Assembly (NCBI GenBank): GCA_016793805.1
Contig: JAEUIZ010000007.1
Span: 1 to 27,676, forward strand
Reading direction: 5' to 3'
DNA length: 27,676 nt
Source: Phycisphaerae bacterium
Lineage (GTDB): Bacteria > Planctomycetota > Phycisphaerae > Phycisphaerales > UBA1924
Positions 17,393 through 27,676 of this stretch are shown piece after piece. Numbering within the stretch: the first letter of the stretch is position 1; every line of letters begins with the position of its first letter. The notes under the pieces were generated by a model. It worked only from the letters and a program-made list of their open reading frames with translations, made no database searches and had not been told where the DNA came from. The position numbers were made by a program, and so were the translations under genes.

Positions 17393-18145
17393 TCAATCAG
17401 CAGCCATTGCCGACTTCATCTGCCGCACCGCCTCGCGAAGCCCGACGAAGACCGCGCGCGAGACGATCGCGTGCCCGATGTGCAACTCGCAGACGCCCGG
17501 GAGCGCCGCCACGCGGCCCACGTTCGCGTAGTTCAGCGCGTGCCCCGCGTGGAACCGCATCCCCGCGCCCCCCACCGCAGCCCCGGCCACCGCCAGTTGT
17601 CCCAGCGCCGCGGAGAGTTCGGGCCTCGTGATGTCCCCGCCCGCGCGGGCGAACGCGGCGGCGTAGGGCCCCGTGTGGACCTCGCACGCGTAGAACCCGC
17701 ACGCCCGGGCCGCCTCGATCTGCGTGAGGTCCGCGTCAATGAACGCCGAGGCCCCGATCCCGGACTCGCGGAGCGCCGCCACCACGTCGCGGAGCCGCGA
17801 CGCCTGCCCGCGAACGTCGAGCCCGCCCTCGGTGGTGACCTCCTGCCGACCCTCGGGCACGAGGGTGGCCATGAGGACCCCGCTCCCGCGCGCGACCCGC
17901 ACCATCTCGTCCGTCGCCGCCATCTCGAGGTTGATCCGCACGCGACAGGTACGTGTGAGCAACTCGAGGTCGCGGTCGCGCACGTGCCGGCGGTCCTCGC
18001 GCAGGTGGATCGTGATGATGTCCGCGCCGCCCAGGTGCGCCTCGTGGGCCGCGAGCACCGGATCGGGCTCGCCCGAGTCGGCGTTGCGGTAGCGCGCCTG
18101 TCGCACGGTCGCGACGTGATCGATGTTGACCCCGAGGAGCAGCAT
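17393..18145 (-). CDS. pdxJ: Pyridoxine 5'-phosphate synthase
   Basis: ATG at 18145. PdxJ-like N-terminus MLLLGVNIDHVATVRQAR and TIM-barrel PdxJ conservation throughout (ITIHLREDRRH, ELHIGHAIV). The N-terminal extension in the track ORF is low-complexity. Confidence 0.9.
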   Translation of the reverse strand: MLLLGVNIDHVATVRQARYRNADSGEPDPVLAAHEAHLGGADIITIHLREDRRHVRDRDLELLTRTCRVRINLEMAATDEMVRVARGSGVLMATLVPEGRQEVTTEGGLDVRGQASRLRDVVAALRESGIGASAFIDADLTQIEAARACGFYACEVHTGPYAAAFARAGGDITRPELSAALGQLAVAGAAVGGAGMRFHAGHALNYANVGRVAALPGVCELHIGHAIVSRAVFVGLREAVRQMKSAMAAD

Positions 18146-18191
18146 GGGTGATGCTACCCGCCCGGCGCGCCCGGGTCCCGCGACGCGCCCG

Positions 18192-19823
18192 CTACCAGAT
18201 CCAGCGAAGGCGCCCGAAGTCCGGCATCGGGAGCCCCGGCCAGACCCCGCGCTGCATCGACGGGAAGTAGACGAAGAACGCACGCCCGATCATCAGGTCG
18301 CGCGGAACGATCCCGGGCGTCGCGTCCACCTCCCGCGCCACCCACGGGTCCGGCTGGCCCCACAGTCGCGCGTCCAGGCTCGCCGGGCTGTTGTCCCCGC
18401 AGACAAAGAAGTGGTCCCGTCCGAGCGTCATCGTCGAGAGCGGGTTGGTCGCGCGGGCCGGCGCGGCATCCGGCGGCGGCATGTTCGCCGCCTGATAGTG
18501 CACGTCGCGCTGCAATCCCACGCGATACAGCCGAACCGGGCCGCTGAACTCCCACCGCAACCCGGGACGCCGATAGATCGTCGTGTCCGCCAGCGGATTC
18601 AGACCCCGAGCCGCCTTCGTCCGGCTCAGCACGTCCTCGAGCGTCAGGCCCGTCGCCCGCCGTACCCGCTGTCCCGGCGTCCAGTCGTACGTCCCCCGCG
18701 CCACCAACTCCTCATCCACCCACAGCGACAGCGACTGATCCGCGTGCCAGAAACTCACGTTCGTCACGCGCCCCGGGGGCAGCGCCCGCGGCAGCATCCC
18801 GCTCGCGACCTCCGTCCACGCCGCGGGCGCCGAGCCGTCCTCGCCCACCTCGCCCATCTTCAGCGTCGCCCGATCGCCCCGGATCTCGCCGCGGAACTCG
18901 AACCCGCGAGCCCGAAGCACCGCCGAGACCTCCAGCCCCGCGGCCGAGGGCATCACGCCCGCGCGCATCGACACGTCGCTCACCGGGAACACCGTCGTCT
19001 GCCGCGATCGGCCCGTCTCGTCGTACGGGTAGTAGTCCGTGACGGGCCAGCCCTTCGCGTCCCACTCCAGACTGGTGGGACCGGGTCCGGCGTACTCGTA
19101 GTCGCGCCGGCCCTCGATCGCCCATCCGCTGCCGCCCGTCCACGGGCTCTTGAACCGCTCGTTGTTCCGATCGCGAAGGTCCGGGTTCAGTGGCTGGTAC
19201 TCGCTGGAGAACACGAGTTGCCACACCGTCCGCTGCACCCGGTCCGGCTTGCGCTGGATCGTCCATCCGGGCATCGACCACGGATCGTCCGTCGCCGGCT
19301 CACCCGCAAGCGCCCGACGCACGAACACGTCCCCGTCGATGAGGGCCACCATCTCGCCCGGCAGGCCCACCAGACGCTTGATGTAGTTCGTCTGCGGATC
19401 GTGGGGCGCCTTGAAGACCACCACGTCGAATCGCCTCGGGTCGTAGACGGAGTAAAGATACTTGAAGACCAGGATGCGGTCCCCCGCGCGCGTCGGCACG
19501 TTCGTCCGCTCGAGGTGCTCGCCGGTCATGGGGTCGGTGACGTGCACCGGGTACCCCGGCCGTGCACCCTGGATCGGCTCCGGCGCCGCCCGCGAGGGGT
19601 CCTCGTTATCGATGAAGTAGTGCGGGCCGACGGGCCAGACGCGTCCGGTCTGCGGACTCGTGATCCGCATGTGCGCGCCCATGAGCGTCGGCGCCATCGA
19701 CCCCGTCGGGATGATGAACGCCTCGATCACGAACGCGCGGAACACGAACGCCAGCACGAAGGCGATGATGATCGAGATCAGGGTCTCCTTGATGTGGGAC
19801 CCCTGTGACGCGGTGGCGCTCAT
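18192..19823 (-). CDS. lepB: Signal peptidase I (S26 family), unusually large at 543 aa with a long periplasmic insertion
   Basis: N-terminal TM. Catalytic Ser box IPTGSMAPTL, Lys box YIKRLVGLPGE, and the C-terminal GDNSPASLDAR box. Confidence 0.88.
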   Translation of the reverse strand: MSATASQGSHIKETLISIIIAFVLAFVFRAFVIEAFIIPTGSMAPTLMGAHMRITSPQTGRVWPVGPHYFIDNEDPSRAAPEPIQGARPGYPVHVTDPMTGEHLERTNVPTRAGDRILVFKYLYSVYDPRRFDVVVFKAPHDPQTNYIKRLVGLPGEMVALIDGDVFVRRALAGEPATDDPWSMPGWTIQRKPDRVQRTVWQLVFSSEYQPLNPDLRDRNNERFKSPWTGGSGWAIEGRRDYEYAGPGPTSLEWDAKGWPVTDYYPYDETGRSRQTTVFPVSDVSMRAGVMPSAAGLEVSAVLRARGFEFRGEIRGDRATLKMGEVGEDGSAPAAWTEVASGMLPRALPPGRVTNVSFWHADQSLSLWVDEELVARGTYDWTPGQRVRRATGLTLEDVLSRTKAARGLNPLADTTIYRRPGLRWEFSGPVRLYRVGLQRDVHYQAANMPPPDAAPARATNPLSTMTLGRDHFFVCGDNSPASLDARLWGQPDPWVAREVDATPGIVPRDLMIGRAFFVYFPSMQRGVWPGLPMPDFGRLRWIW

Positions 19824-19835
19824 GCGGACGAGAGG

Positions 19836-21284
19836 TTAGGCCGGGCCCCTGGGCGAGGCCGGACCACCCGGCGGAGCGCCGCCGCTCTCCCCGCCTGGCG
19901 GTCCGCCTCCGGGTCCGCCGCCACCCGGGCGACGCCGACGGCGACGACGACGACGACGCGGACCGCCCTCGGACGCACCCGACCCCTGCGGCGCCGCGTC
20001 GGTCGGTCCGTGCGTGTCGCCGTAGTCCGACTCGATCATCGCGTCGAGGTCCTCGGCCGTCGGTCGTTCCGGCATGGGCCTCCCCTGCGCCGGCCGAGCC
20101 TCTGCGGGCGGCCTCGGGCCTCCGCTCGATCGTGGGCCGCGCACATCCCCTTCCCGTGGCGGACCGCCCTTCGAGGGTCCATCGCGGCGTTCGCCGTCTC
20201 GACGTTCTCCCTCGCGCCGCGGCTGACCCTCGCGACGCTCCCCTTGCGGGCGATCACCTCGCCCCCCTCCGCCGTCGCGCGGACGCGGATCGCGACGCTC
20301 GGGCGCGGGCATCGAGCCCGCCACGGGCACGGGCGGCGGTGTGGCGCTCGTCGGCTCGGTCAGATCCTCGACCGCGACCGCCACCTGCCGCTCGCTCCCT
20401 TCCAACTGCACGAGCACCAGTTGCGTCAGGATCTGCGAGTCGATCACCAGCCCGTTGCCCTCGGGCGTGCCGACGCGGGTCTTCCGCTTGGGCAGTTTCT
20501 TGCGGAGTTCTTCGTACGTCTGGTCCTCGTACCGCAGGCAGCACATCAGCCGCCCGCATCGGCCCGAGATCTTCAAGGGGTCCAGCGTCGCCTTCTGCAT
20601 CTTCGCCGCCCGCATGGAGATCGGCTTGAGCACCTTGAGGAAGTTTTTGCAGCAGCAGTACTGCCCGCAGCGCTCGTAGTCCGCGGTCAGCCTCGCCTCG
20701 TCGCGCGCCCCCACCAGCCGGAACTCGACCCGCTGGTGCAGCGCCGCGCCGAGGTCGCGCGCCGCGTCGCGCAGGTCGGGGCGGTCCTCCGAGTTGTAGT
20801 AGATCGTGACCCGCTCCCCGCCCAGGATCGGCTCGGCGTCCACGATCTTGATCTTCAGTCCAAGCCGCTCCACCACCGCTCTCGCTGCCATCTTCATCCC
20901 GTGCCTCGACTGCTCCAGCGACGCCTGCTTGTCCAGATCCTCCCGCGTCGCCACCCGCAGCACCCGGCCATCGGTGAAGAACGGATAGTCCCGCCCCCCC
21001 GAGTTGTCGATGTAGCGCAGCATCTCCTGCCGGCTCACGCTCTTGGAGCACCCCGAGTTCGGGCACGTCGTCGTGAGCATCTCGCCAAGTTCCGTCCCGC
21101 GGAACGTCCGCACGACCACCTTGCTCCCGCACCCGGGCTTGGCGTCCCCCGAGTACGCGAACTCCCCCACCAGTTTCAGGTCCCCGAACCGAACCACGAT
21201 GCTCGTCGGCGGCTTCAGCGCCTCGTACGCCTTGCGATCCGCCTCCAGATCGGCCTCGAACTGCGGCAATGGAACGATCGGCAT
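19836..21284 (-). CDS. PSP1 C-terminal domain protein (YaaT/RicT-like) with a Cys-rich N-terminal extension and an Arg/Gly-rich disordered C-terminal tail
   Basis: PSP1-domain hallmarks (VVVRTFRGTELG..., ATREDL....L...R.....A...V..LGL.IKIVDAE, CGRLMCCLRYE). The C-terminal 150 aa is RG/RE-rich and ends in a run of ten Arg. Start taken at the MPIVPLPQ Met; the exact start codon position may be off by a nucleotide or two, as I could not reconcile the frame by eye. Confidence 0.78.
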   Translation of the reverse strand: MPIVPLPQFEADLEADRKAYEALKPPTSIVVRFGDLKLVGEFAYSGDAKPGCGSKVVVRTFRGTELGEMLTTTCPNSGCSKSVSRQEMLRYIDNSGGRDYPFFTDGRVLRVATREDLDKQASLEQSRHGMKMAARAVVERLGLKIKIVDAEPILGGERVTIYYNSEDRPDLRDAARDLGAALHQRVEFRLVGARDEARLTADYERCGQYCCCKNFLKVLKPISMRAAKMQKATLDPLKISGRCGRLMCCLRYEDQTYEELRKKLPKRKTRVGTPEGNGLVIDSQILTQLVLVQLEGSERQVAVAVEDLTEPTSATPPPVPVAGSMPAPERRDPRPRDGGGGRGDRPQGERREGQPRREGERRDGERRDGPSKGGPPREGDVRGPRSSGGPRPPAEARPAQGRPMPERPTAEDLDAMIESDYGDTHGPTDAAPQGSGASEGGPRRRRRRRRRRPGGGGPGGGPPGGESGGAPPGGPASPRGPA

Positions 21285-21400
21285 GGGTGTCCCGCGTGCA
21301 ATGCCATCGCCGCCCCGCGTGGCGGTGCGACCCTGGCGTCGGGCCACGGTTTCTGCGCCCCGAGGTCGGCCCGACGGGCCCCGGGGCTCCCAACGCGGAA

Positions 21401-21727
21401 CTACCGGCCCTTGCCCAGCGCCTTGTTGCGCGCCTCCGCAAAGACCCGGGGAAGACTGTAGCGATTGTGGAGTTCGATCGAGTTCTGATTCTCAACCCGG
21501 TAGACCATCAACTCCTCGGCACGATTATCCAGCACGAGCAGCACGTCCTGCGATGACGCCGCCGCCGTCAGCACCGTCAGCGCCCCCGCGGACGACACCA
21601 GGTCCGCCCGCGCGGGCGCTCCCAGCCGCGTCGCCTGCACCCCGATCAACCCCGCCAGCACCGCCGCCAACGCCACCAGCAGCACCCCGCCCCGCCCGAC
21701 GCCTTGCTTCGCCCGGTTCGTCGTCAT
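21401..21727 (-). CDS. Small exported/membrane-anchored protein (108 aa), paralog of the next gene
   Basis: ATG at 21727 with AGGAG 6 nt upstream, only 9 nt after the stop of the upstream gene. N-terminal TM/signal anchor (VLLVALAAVLAGLIGV). The core (SSQDVLLVLDNRAEELMVYRVENQNSIELHNRY) aligns with the neighbour's (SSNAIYVVDAANQEMIALRWSDSTKGLEGIGYR). Confidence 0.55.
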   Translation of the reverse strand: MTTNRAKQGVGRGGVLLVALAAVLAGLIGVQATRLGAPARADLVSSAGALTVLTAAASSQDVLLVLDNRAEELMVYRVENQNSIELHNRYSLPRVFAEARNKALGKGR

Positions 21728-21736
21728 GCGCGGCTC

Positions 21737-22033
21737 CTATCGAGACTGCGGCGACTGCGAGTCCGCCCGCAGGTCGCGGTACCCGATCCCCTCAAGACCC
21801 TTGGTCGAATCGCTCCACCGCAGCGCGATCATCTCCTGATTCGCCGCGTCCACAACGTAGATCGCGTTCGAACTCCCGCCCTGGATCCGGCCCGACACCA
21901 TCGTGTAGTCCCCGCGCCCGCGTCCGCCCCCGCGCTGCGCCTCGGCCCGGGGCGCCAGGCTGATCGCCGCCAGCACCAGCGCCAGCACCACGTTCAGGAC
22001 GACCAACGGCCGACGGCTTGTTCGCGTGCTCAT
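21737..22033 (-). CDS. Small secreted protein (98 aa), paralog of the downstream gene
   Basis: ATG at 22033 with AGGA 8 nt upstream. Signal peptide LVVLNVVLALVLAAISLAPRAEAQ. Shares the D-x3-EE/QE-hhh-YR core with the 21401..21727 product. The track ORF start at 22093 is upstream of the signal peptide. Confidence 0.55.
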   Translation of the reverse strand: MSTRTSRRPLVVLNVVLALVLAAISLAPRAEAQRGGGRGRGDYTMVSGRIQGGSSNAIYVVDAANQEMIALRWSDSTKGLEGIGYRDLRADSQSPQSR

Positions 22034-22037
22034 GGGG

Positions 22038-22247
22038 CTAATCCTGGTGCCCGCGCTTGCTCGGGATCGTGCTCGCCACCCCGATCGCCGCAACGATCAC
22101 GATCCCCACGAAGTAGTTCCACAGCGCGGGCGGATTGTCCGCGCGACGCGGCCTCGGGGGCAGGTCCTGCGGCTGCGCCATCACGCTCGTGGTCGCGACG
22201 AAGCCAACAGCCAGGGCGGCAAGGACGCGTTTGACGTGTGCCGACAT
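22038..22247 (-). CDS. Small exported protein (69 aa) with a signal peptide and a C-terminal TM helix
   Basis: ATG at 22247 with GGAG 8 nt upstream. It stops 4 nt before the next gene's start. Sequence MSAHVKRVLAALAVGFVATTSVMAQ...LWNYFVGIVIVAAIGVASTIP. Confidence 0.5.
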   Translation of the reverse strand: MSAHVKRVLAALAVGFVATTSVMAQPQDLPPRPRRADNPPALWNYFVGIVIVAAIGVASTIPSKRGHQD

Positions 22248-22275
22248 CAAGGAGTCTCCAGGGGGCTTGGGGATG

Positions 22276-22869
22276 CTACTCCGTCTCCGCGGGCCGGTAC
22301 AGCACCCCGCCCGAGGCGAGCAGCGGCCGGCTCGCCCGGTCGAACGCCGCCGAGGGCACGTGGACCGTCCCCCAGCGCTGGCTCCGCGGCCGCATCGCCG
22401 ATTCATATTCGCGGAGCGTGATCAGCCGGATCGCGTACCACCGCCCGCGGAACTCGAAAATCTCCTCAAACAGCGGCAGCGGCGGCTGCTCGTCGCACCA
22501 ATACACGAACAGGAAGGCCCCCACAAACCCCTGTCCAAACAGCCCCTCCCACGTCCGCAGCGACTCCACGTCCTCCAGCGTCACCCACGATTGCAGACTC
22601 CCCTTGCTGGGGCGGATGGGCCGATCGGCCCGGGCCGCCCTTGACGGCGCGATCCGCCGACCCTTGACCTCCACGAGCAGATTGTCCCGCTCGCCGTAGA
22701 GAACCATGTCGAATGACTTGATCGCCCGCGCCCGTCCGCCCTCCTGCACCGTCAGCCTTGCCCCCTCGGGCAGCAGCGCCCGCCGCGCTTCGTCCACCGC
22801 GACATACGGCACTCGGCGGGCCCGCAGGTACTGCTCGAACGCCTGCTCGTAGTGATGCCGCCGCTGCAT
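22276..22869 (-). CDS. HYExAFE-family protein; predicted PD-(D/E)xK (restriction-endonuclease-like) fold
   Basis: ATG at 22869. The N-terminal HHYEQAFEQYL gives the family its name. Downstream, SFDMVLYGERDNLLVEVKG fits the D...(E/D)xK nuclease signature. Confidence 0.72.
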   Translation of the reverse strand: MQRRHHYEQAFEQYLRARRVPYVAVDEARRALLPEGARLTVQEGGRARAIKSFDMVLYGERDNLLVEVKGRRIAPSRAARADRPIRPSKGSLQSWVTLEDVESLRTWEGLFGQGFVGAFLFVYWCDEQPPLPLFEEIFEFRGRWYAIRLITLREYESAMRPRSQRWGTVHVPSAAFDRASRPLLASGGVLYRPAETE

Positions 22870-22937
22870 CGGGACATGCTACCGCGCGGGAATACCCCGT
22901 CACCACGCTCGGTCGCGCCGGGGATCGACCCGAGCGC

Positions 22938-25133
<2,196 letters not shown>

Positions 25134-25152
25134 GATCCGATCGTACGGTCGC

Positions 25153-25959
25153 CTACGCGCCCCCCGCCGGCGTCGGCACGCTGGGCGCCACAGGTGGCAC
25201 GCTTGTCGCCGAACCGCTCACCGCGCCCGTCGGCGGCCCGCCCGACCCCGAGACAGCCGCCTGCCCGCTCGGACCGGCCCCCTTCGCCGCACCGCCCCCC
25301 GCCGCACCCCCCGCCGCACCCCCCACCGCGCCCTTGCCCCCGCGTCCCTTGGCCTCCACGATCGGCCAGGTCTTGAACCCCGCAGGCGCCACCCCGGGCT
25401 TCACATAGATCGCCATCTGCACGTCGTCCACGTAGCGCCCCGGACCAATTTTGAAGTACCGCAGCGCCCGCGACTCCTCCACGAAACCCAGCCGCTCGTA
25501 CAGCCGACGCGCCTCCGTGTTCGTCTCAAAGACCCCCAGCGTCACCTTCTCGATCTGCCGGTGCGCCGCGGCCCAGGCCAGCAGCGCGTGGATCATCGCC
25601 GAGCCCACGCCCCGACCTCGCCACGCCGCGTGCACCGACAGCCCGAAACTCCCGTGGTGCGCCAGTTTCCGCCGCTCCCCAGCCCGGAACGACAACTCGC
25701 CCACCAGTTCCTCGTGCCGGTTCGCCGTCCACGCCGTGAGCATCAACCACCCCGGCTCGCGCACGAACCGCTCGATCCGCTGCCGATCCTCCTGCTCCGT
25801 CCGCTGGGCCTCCCCCGGCTCGCGCACCCCGAACGGGTTGTTCGCCAGCATGTGCGACTCGAAGTCGCGCAGCGCCCCCACGTCCGACGGCTCGGCCGAC
25901 CGGATGAACACCGCCCCGCCCTTGCGCAGCGAGGCCCGCACTCGCTCGATCCGGCTCAT
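25153..25959 (-). CDS. GNAT-family N-acetyltransferase with a Gly/Ala/Pro-rich low-complexity C-terminal tail
   Basis: ATG at 25959. GNAT motif A RGRGVGSAMIHALLAWAA and motif B YERLGF. The last about 65 aa are low-complexity (GGKGAVGGAAGGAAGGGAAKGAG...). It stops 20 nt upstream of uvrB. The 5' 170 codons of the track ORF are G/A/R-rich junk. Confidence 0.78.
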   Translation of the reverse strand: MSRIERVRASLRKGGAVFIRSAEPSDVGALRDFESHMLANNPFGVREPGEAQRTEQEDRQRIERFVREPGWLMLTAWTANRHEELVGELSFRAGERRKLAHHGSFGLSVHAAWRGRGVGSAMIHALLAWAAAHRQIEKVTLGVFETNTEARRLYERLGFVEESRALRYFKIGPGRYVDDVQMAIYVKPGVAPAGFKTWPIVEAKGRGGKGAVGGAAGGAAGGGAAKGAGPSGQAAVSGSGGPPTGAVSGSATSVPPVAPSVPTPAGGA

Positions 25960-26540
25960 GGCTCGTCGTGCCGCCCCTTCTCCGTCGCCGCCGCCGCCTC
26001 GTGCGCGAAGTAGATGAAGTCCGTCTCCGCCGGCCGGCCCCCGCACTGCTTGACCAGCATCGCCACCTGGCCCCGGTGATACGTCCCGTGCATCAGGACG
26101 TGCGTCACGATGTCCGCCACCGTGTCCTGGTACGCCTGCCCGTCGCTCCCCAGGTACCGCACCGGCTCGGCCAGGTCCTCGTCCGTGATTCCCTCCAGGA
26201 ACCTCGCCCACAGCCCGTCGAGGTCCGTCGCCTCCTGCTCCAGCCGCGACACCGGCCACTCCTTCACCGGCATGACCTCCGGCGGGGGCTCGCACTCTCC
26301 CATCCGCCACAGCCACCGCCGCTGCGCCCAGAGGATGTGCCCCATCACCGCCAGCGCCCGCGCGTAGCGCTCGTACACGTCGTCCACCGCCGCCCCGATC
26401 CGCGACGCCTGCGAGAGGAGGACCCCCTCGCACGACTTGATGGACGCCAGCGCGAGCCGATTCCCCCACCGGTCAAACTCGTGCAGCCGACGCAATCGCT
26501 CCGACTCGCTCACGGGCTCGCTCCCACCGCGCCCGACCAC
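25956..26540 (-). CDS. DinB/YfiT-like (DinB_2 / DUF664) metal-dependent protein
   Basis: W-x-N-x-R-L motif (FDRWGNRLAL) and the C-terminal HxxxHRGQ (MHGTYHRGQV) typical of the DinB_2 superfamily. GTG start at 26540 with GGGGAG 6 nt upstream. It overlaps the GNAT start by 4 nt. Confidence 0.72.
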   Translation of the reverse strand: MVGRGGSEPVSESERLRRLHEFDRWGNRLALASIKSCEGVLLSQASRIGAAVDDVYERYARALAVMGHILWAQRRWLWRMGECEPPPEVMPVKEWPVSRLEQEATDLDGLWARFLEGITDEDLAEPVRYLGSDGQAYQDTVADIVTHVLMHGTYHRGQVAMLVKQCGGRPAETDFIYFAHEAAAATEKGRHDEP

Positions 26541-26636
26541 CTCGGGCTCCCCAAGGGTAGCCGCCTTGATCGGCTATCCTCCCCTCGCGCGATCCGGCCG
26601 ATAATGGCCCCGGGTCCACACCCCGCCGCCACCCCC

Positions 26637-27548
26637 ATGCACCTCCAAGACATCTTCAAGACCTATCCCGCCTCGTTCTCCTTCGAGTTCTTCCCACCGA
26701 AGAGCCCGCAGGCCGCCCAGACCCTCTTCCAGACCATCGCCGACCTCCAGCCCCTCAAGCCCACGTTCGTCTCCGCCACCTACGGGGCCGGGGGCTCGAC
26801 CCGCGACCTCACCCACGACCTCGTCGTCCGGCTCAAGGCCGAGACCACACTCGACCCCGTCCCCCACCTCACCACCGTCCTCCACTCCGAGGCCGACATC
26901 GAGCAGATCCTCACCCGCTACGCCCAGGCCGGCATCTCCAACATCATGGCCCTCCGCGGCGATCCGCCGCGCGATGCCGCCAACACCGACCCGCACCAGC
27001 ACTTCCGCTTCGCCGCCGACCTCGTCCGTTTCATCCAGCGCTTCAACGATCGCCGCGTCCATCCTGACCCGCGCGGGTTCGGCATCGCCGTCGCCGGCTA
27101 TCCCGAGGGCCACCCCGCCACGCCCAACCGCCTCCTCGAACTCGACCGCCTCAAGGCCAAGGTCGAGGCCGGCGCCGACGCCATCGTCACCCAACTCTTC
27201 TTCGACAACCGCGACTTCTACGACTTCCGCGAGCGCTGCCTCCTGGCCGGGATCCGCGTCCCCATCATCGCCGGCATCATGCCCGTCACCTCGCTCTCGG
27301 GCATGGAACGCATGGCCGACCTCGCCCTCGGCGCCCGCTTCCCCGCGCCGCTGATCCGCGCCCTCAACCGCGCCGGCGGGAGCGAGGACGCCGTCCGCCG
27401 CGTCGGGATCCACTGGGCCACCGAGCAGTGCCGAGACCTCCTCGACCACCGCGTCCAGGGCATCCACTTCTACACCCTCAACCGCTCCACCGCCACGCGC
27501 GAGATCTACAAAACCCTCGGCGTCCAAGATTCCGGCGGGCTGATGTAA
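26637..27548 (+). CDS. metF: 5,10-methylenetetrahydrofolate reductase
   Basis: ATG at 26637. MetF pattern FSFEFFPPKS..., KPTFVSATYGAGGSTRDLT, PHLT, ALRGDPP, QLFFD. Stop TAA at 27546. The track ORF 25968..27548 is over-extended. Confidence 0.88.
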   Translation: MHLQDIFKTYPASFSFEFFPPKSPQAAQTLFQTIADLQPLKPTFVSATYGAGGSTRDLTHDLVVRLKAETTLDPVPHLTTVLHSEADIEQILTRYAQAGISNIMALRGDPPRDAANTDPHQHFRFAADLVRFIQRFNDRRVHPDPRGFGIAVAGYPEGHPATPNRLLELDRLKAKVEAGADAIVTQLFFDNRDFYDFRERCLLAGIRVPIIAGIMPVTSLSGMERMADLALGARFPAPLIRALNRAGGSEDAVRRVGIHWATEQCRDLLDHRVQGIHFYTLNRSTATREIYKTLGVQDSGGLM

Positions 27549-27649
27549 TCACCCTTGACACCCCCCGGCATTGTGGTAGGCTGTTCCTGCACGGAGGGGG
27601 GCGTTCGCGTCGGACCATGGCCGCCGGCGATGCCGGCAAGGAGGTCGCG

Positions 27650-27676
27650 ATGAGGCGTTCACTCACTCACTCACTC
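27650..27676 (+). CDS. 5' end of an unidentified gene running out of the window; the coding sequence begins with a (TCAC)n repeat
   Basis: Strong RBS AAGGAGG (27638..27644), a 5-nt spacer, then ATG at 27650, then agg cgt tca ctc act cac tca ctc. Only 9 codons are visible. Confidence 0.3.
27659..27676. repeat. Tetranucleotide microsatellite (TCAC) with at least 4.5 copies, truncated by the window end
   Basis: Read directly at the 3' edge. Confidence 0.9.

Noticed and set aside
21285-21400. GC-rich intergenic stretch between the small-protein cassette and the PSP1 gene, as a possible terminator or ncRNA
   Set aside because: Several short GC inverted repeats (ggcccg-a-cgggcc, gggccccgggg) but no clean stem-loop with a U-tract. 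It is indistinguishable from background in this GC content.
26604-26636. Alternative earlier metF start (ATG at 26604, MAPGPHPAATPMHLQD…)
   Set aside because: MetF homologs begin close to the FSFEFFPPK motif. The ATG at 26637 gives the conventional N-terminus. The earlier one would add only Pro/Ala-rich residues.

Overview
A 27.7 kb, very GC-rich (~70%) bacterial chromosomal segment with gene content that fits Planctomycetota-like or another high-GC Gram-negative lineage. The lineage call is inference from gene content only.

The window is mostly core or housekeeping genes. With high confidence I recognise dapA, murA, feoA-feoB, pdxJ, signal peptidase I (lepB), uvrB, metF, an OPT-family oligopeptide transporter, an LpxL-family lipid A acyltransferase, a dienelactone hydrolase, an SPFH/flotillin-like protein, a GNAT acetyltransferase and a DinB-like protein. 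About 9 kb from 26540 down to 17393 is one co-directional minus-strand gene array.

Many long ORFs in the six-frame track (for example 1806..4739- and 4779..6983+) are antisense shadow ORFs typical of high-GC DNA. They lie opposite genes with clear homology and were not called. The ORF track prints alternative starts (GTG/TTG) as M; uvrB and the DinB-like gene appear to start with GTG.

I found no CRISPR array, tRNA, rRNA, transposase or integrase. Nothing here is an obvious defence island.

The less ordinary items are:
- a 21-nt poly-C tract in a divergent promoter region;
- a TPR::YggX (Fe2+-trafficking) fusion;
- a membrane coiled-coil protein with a BRCT-like C-terminus, apparently co-transcribed with the LpxL-like gene;
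- a fibro-slime-domain secreted protein;
- a TPR protein carrying two tandem RNA-polymerase alpha-CTD-like domains, next to the SPFH gene;
- two palindromes upstream of feoAB;
- a PSP1-domain protein with a poly-Arg/RG-rich tail;
- a compact cassette of an HYExAFE (PD-(D/E)xK-like) protein plus three small exported proteins, two of them tandem paralogs;
- a (TCAC)n tetranucleotide repeat just after a strong RBS and ATG at the window edge.
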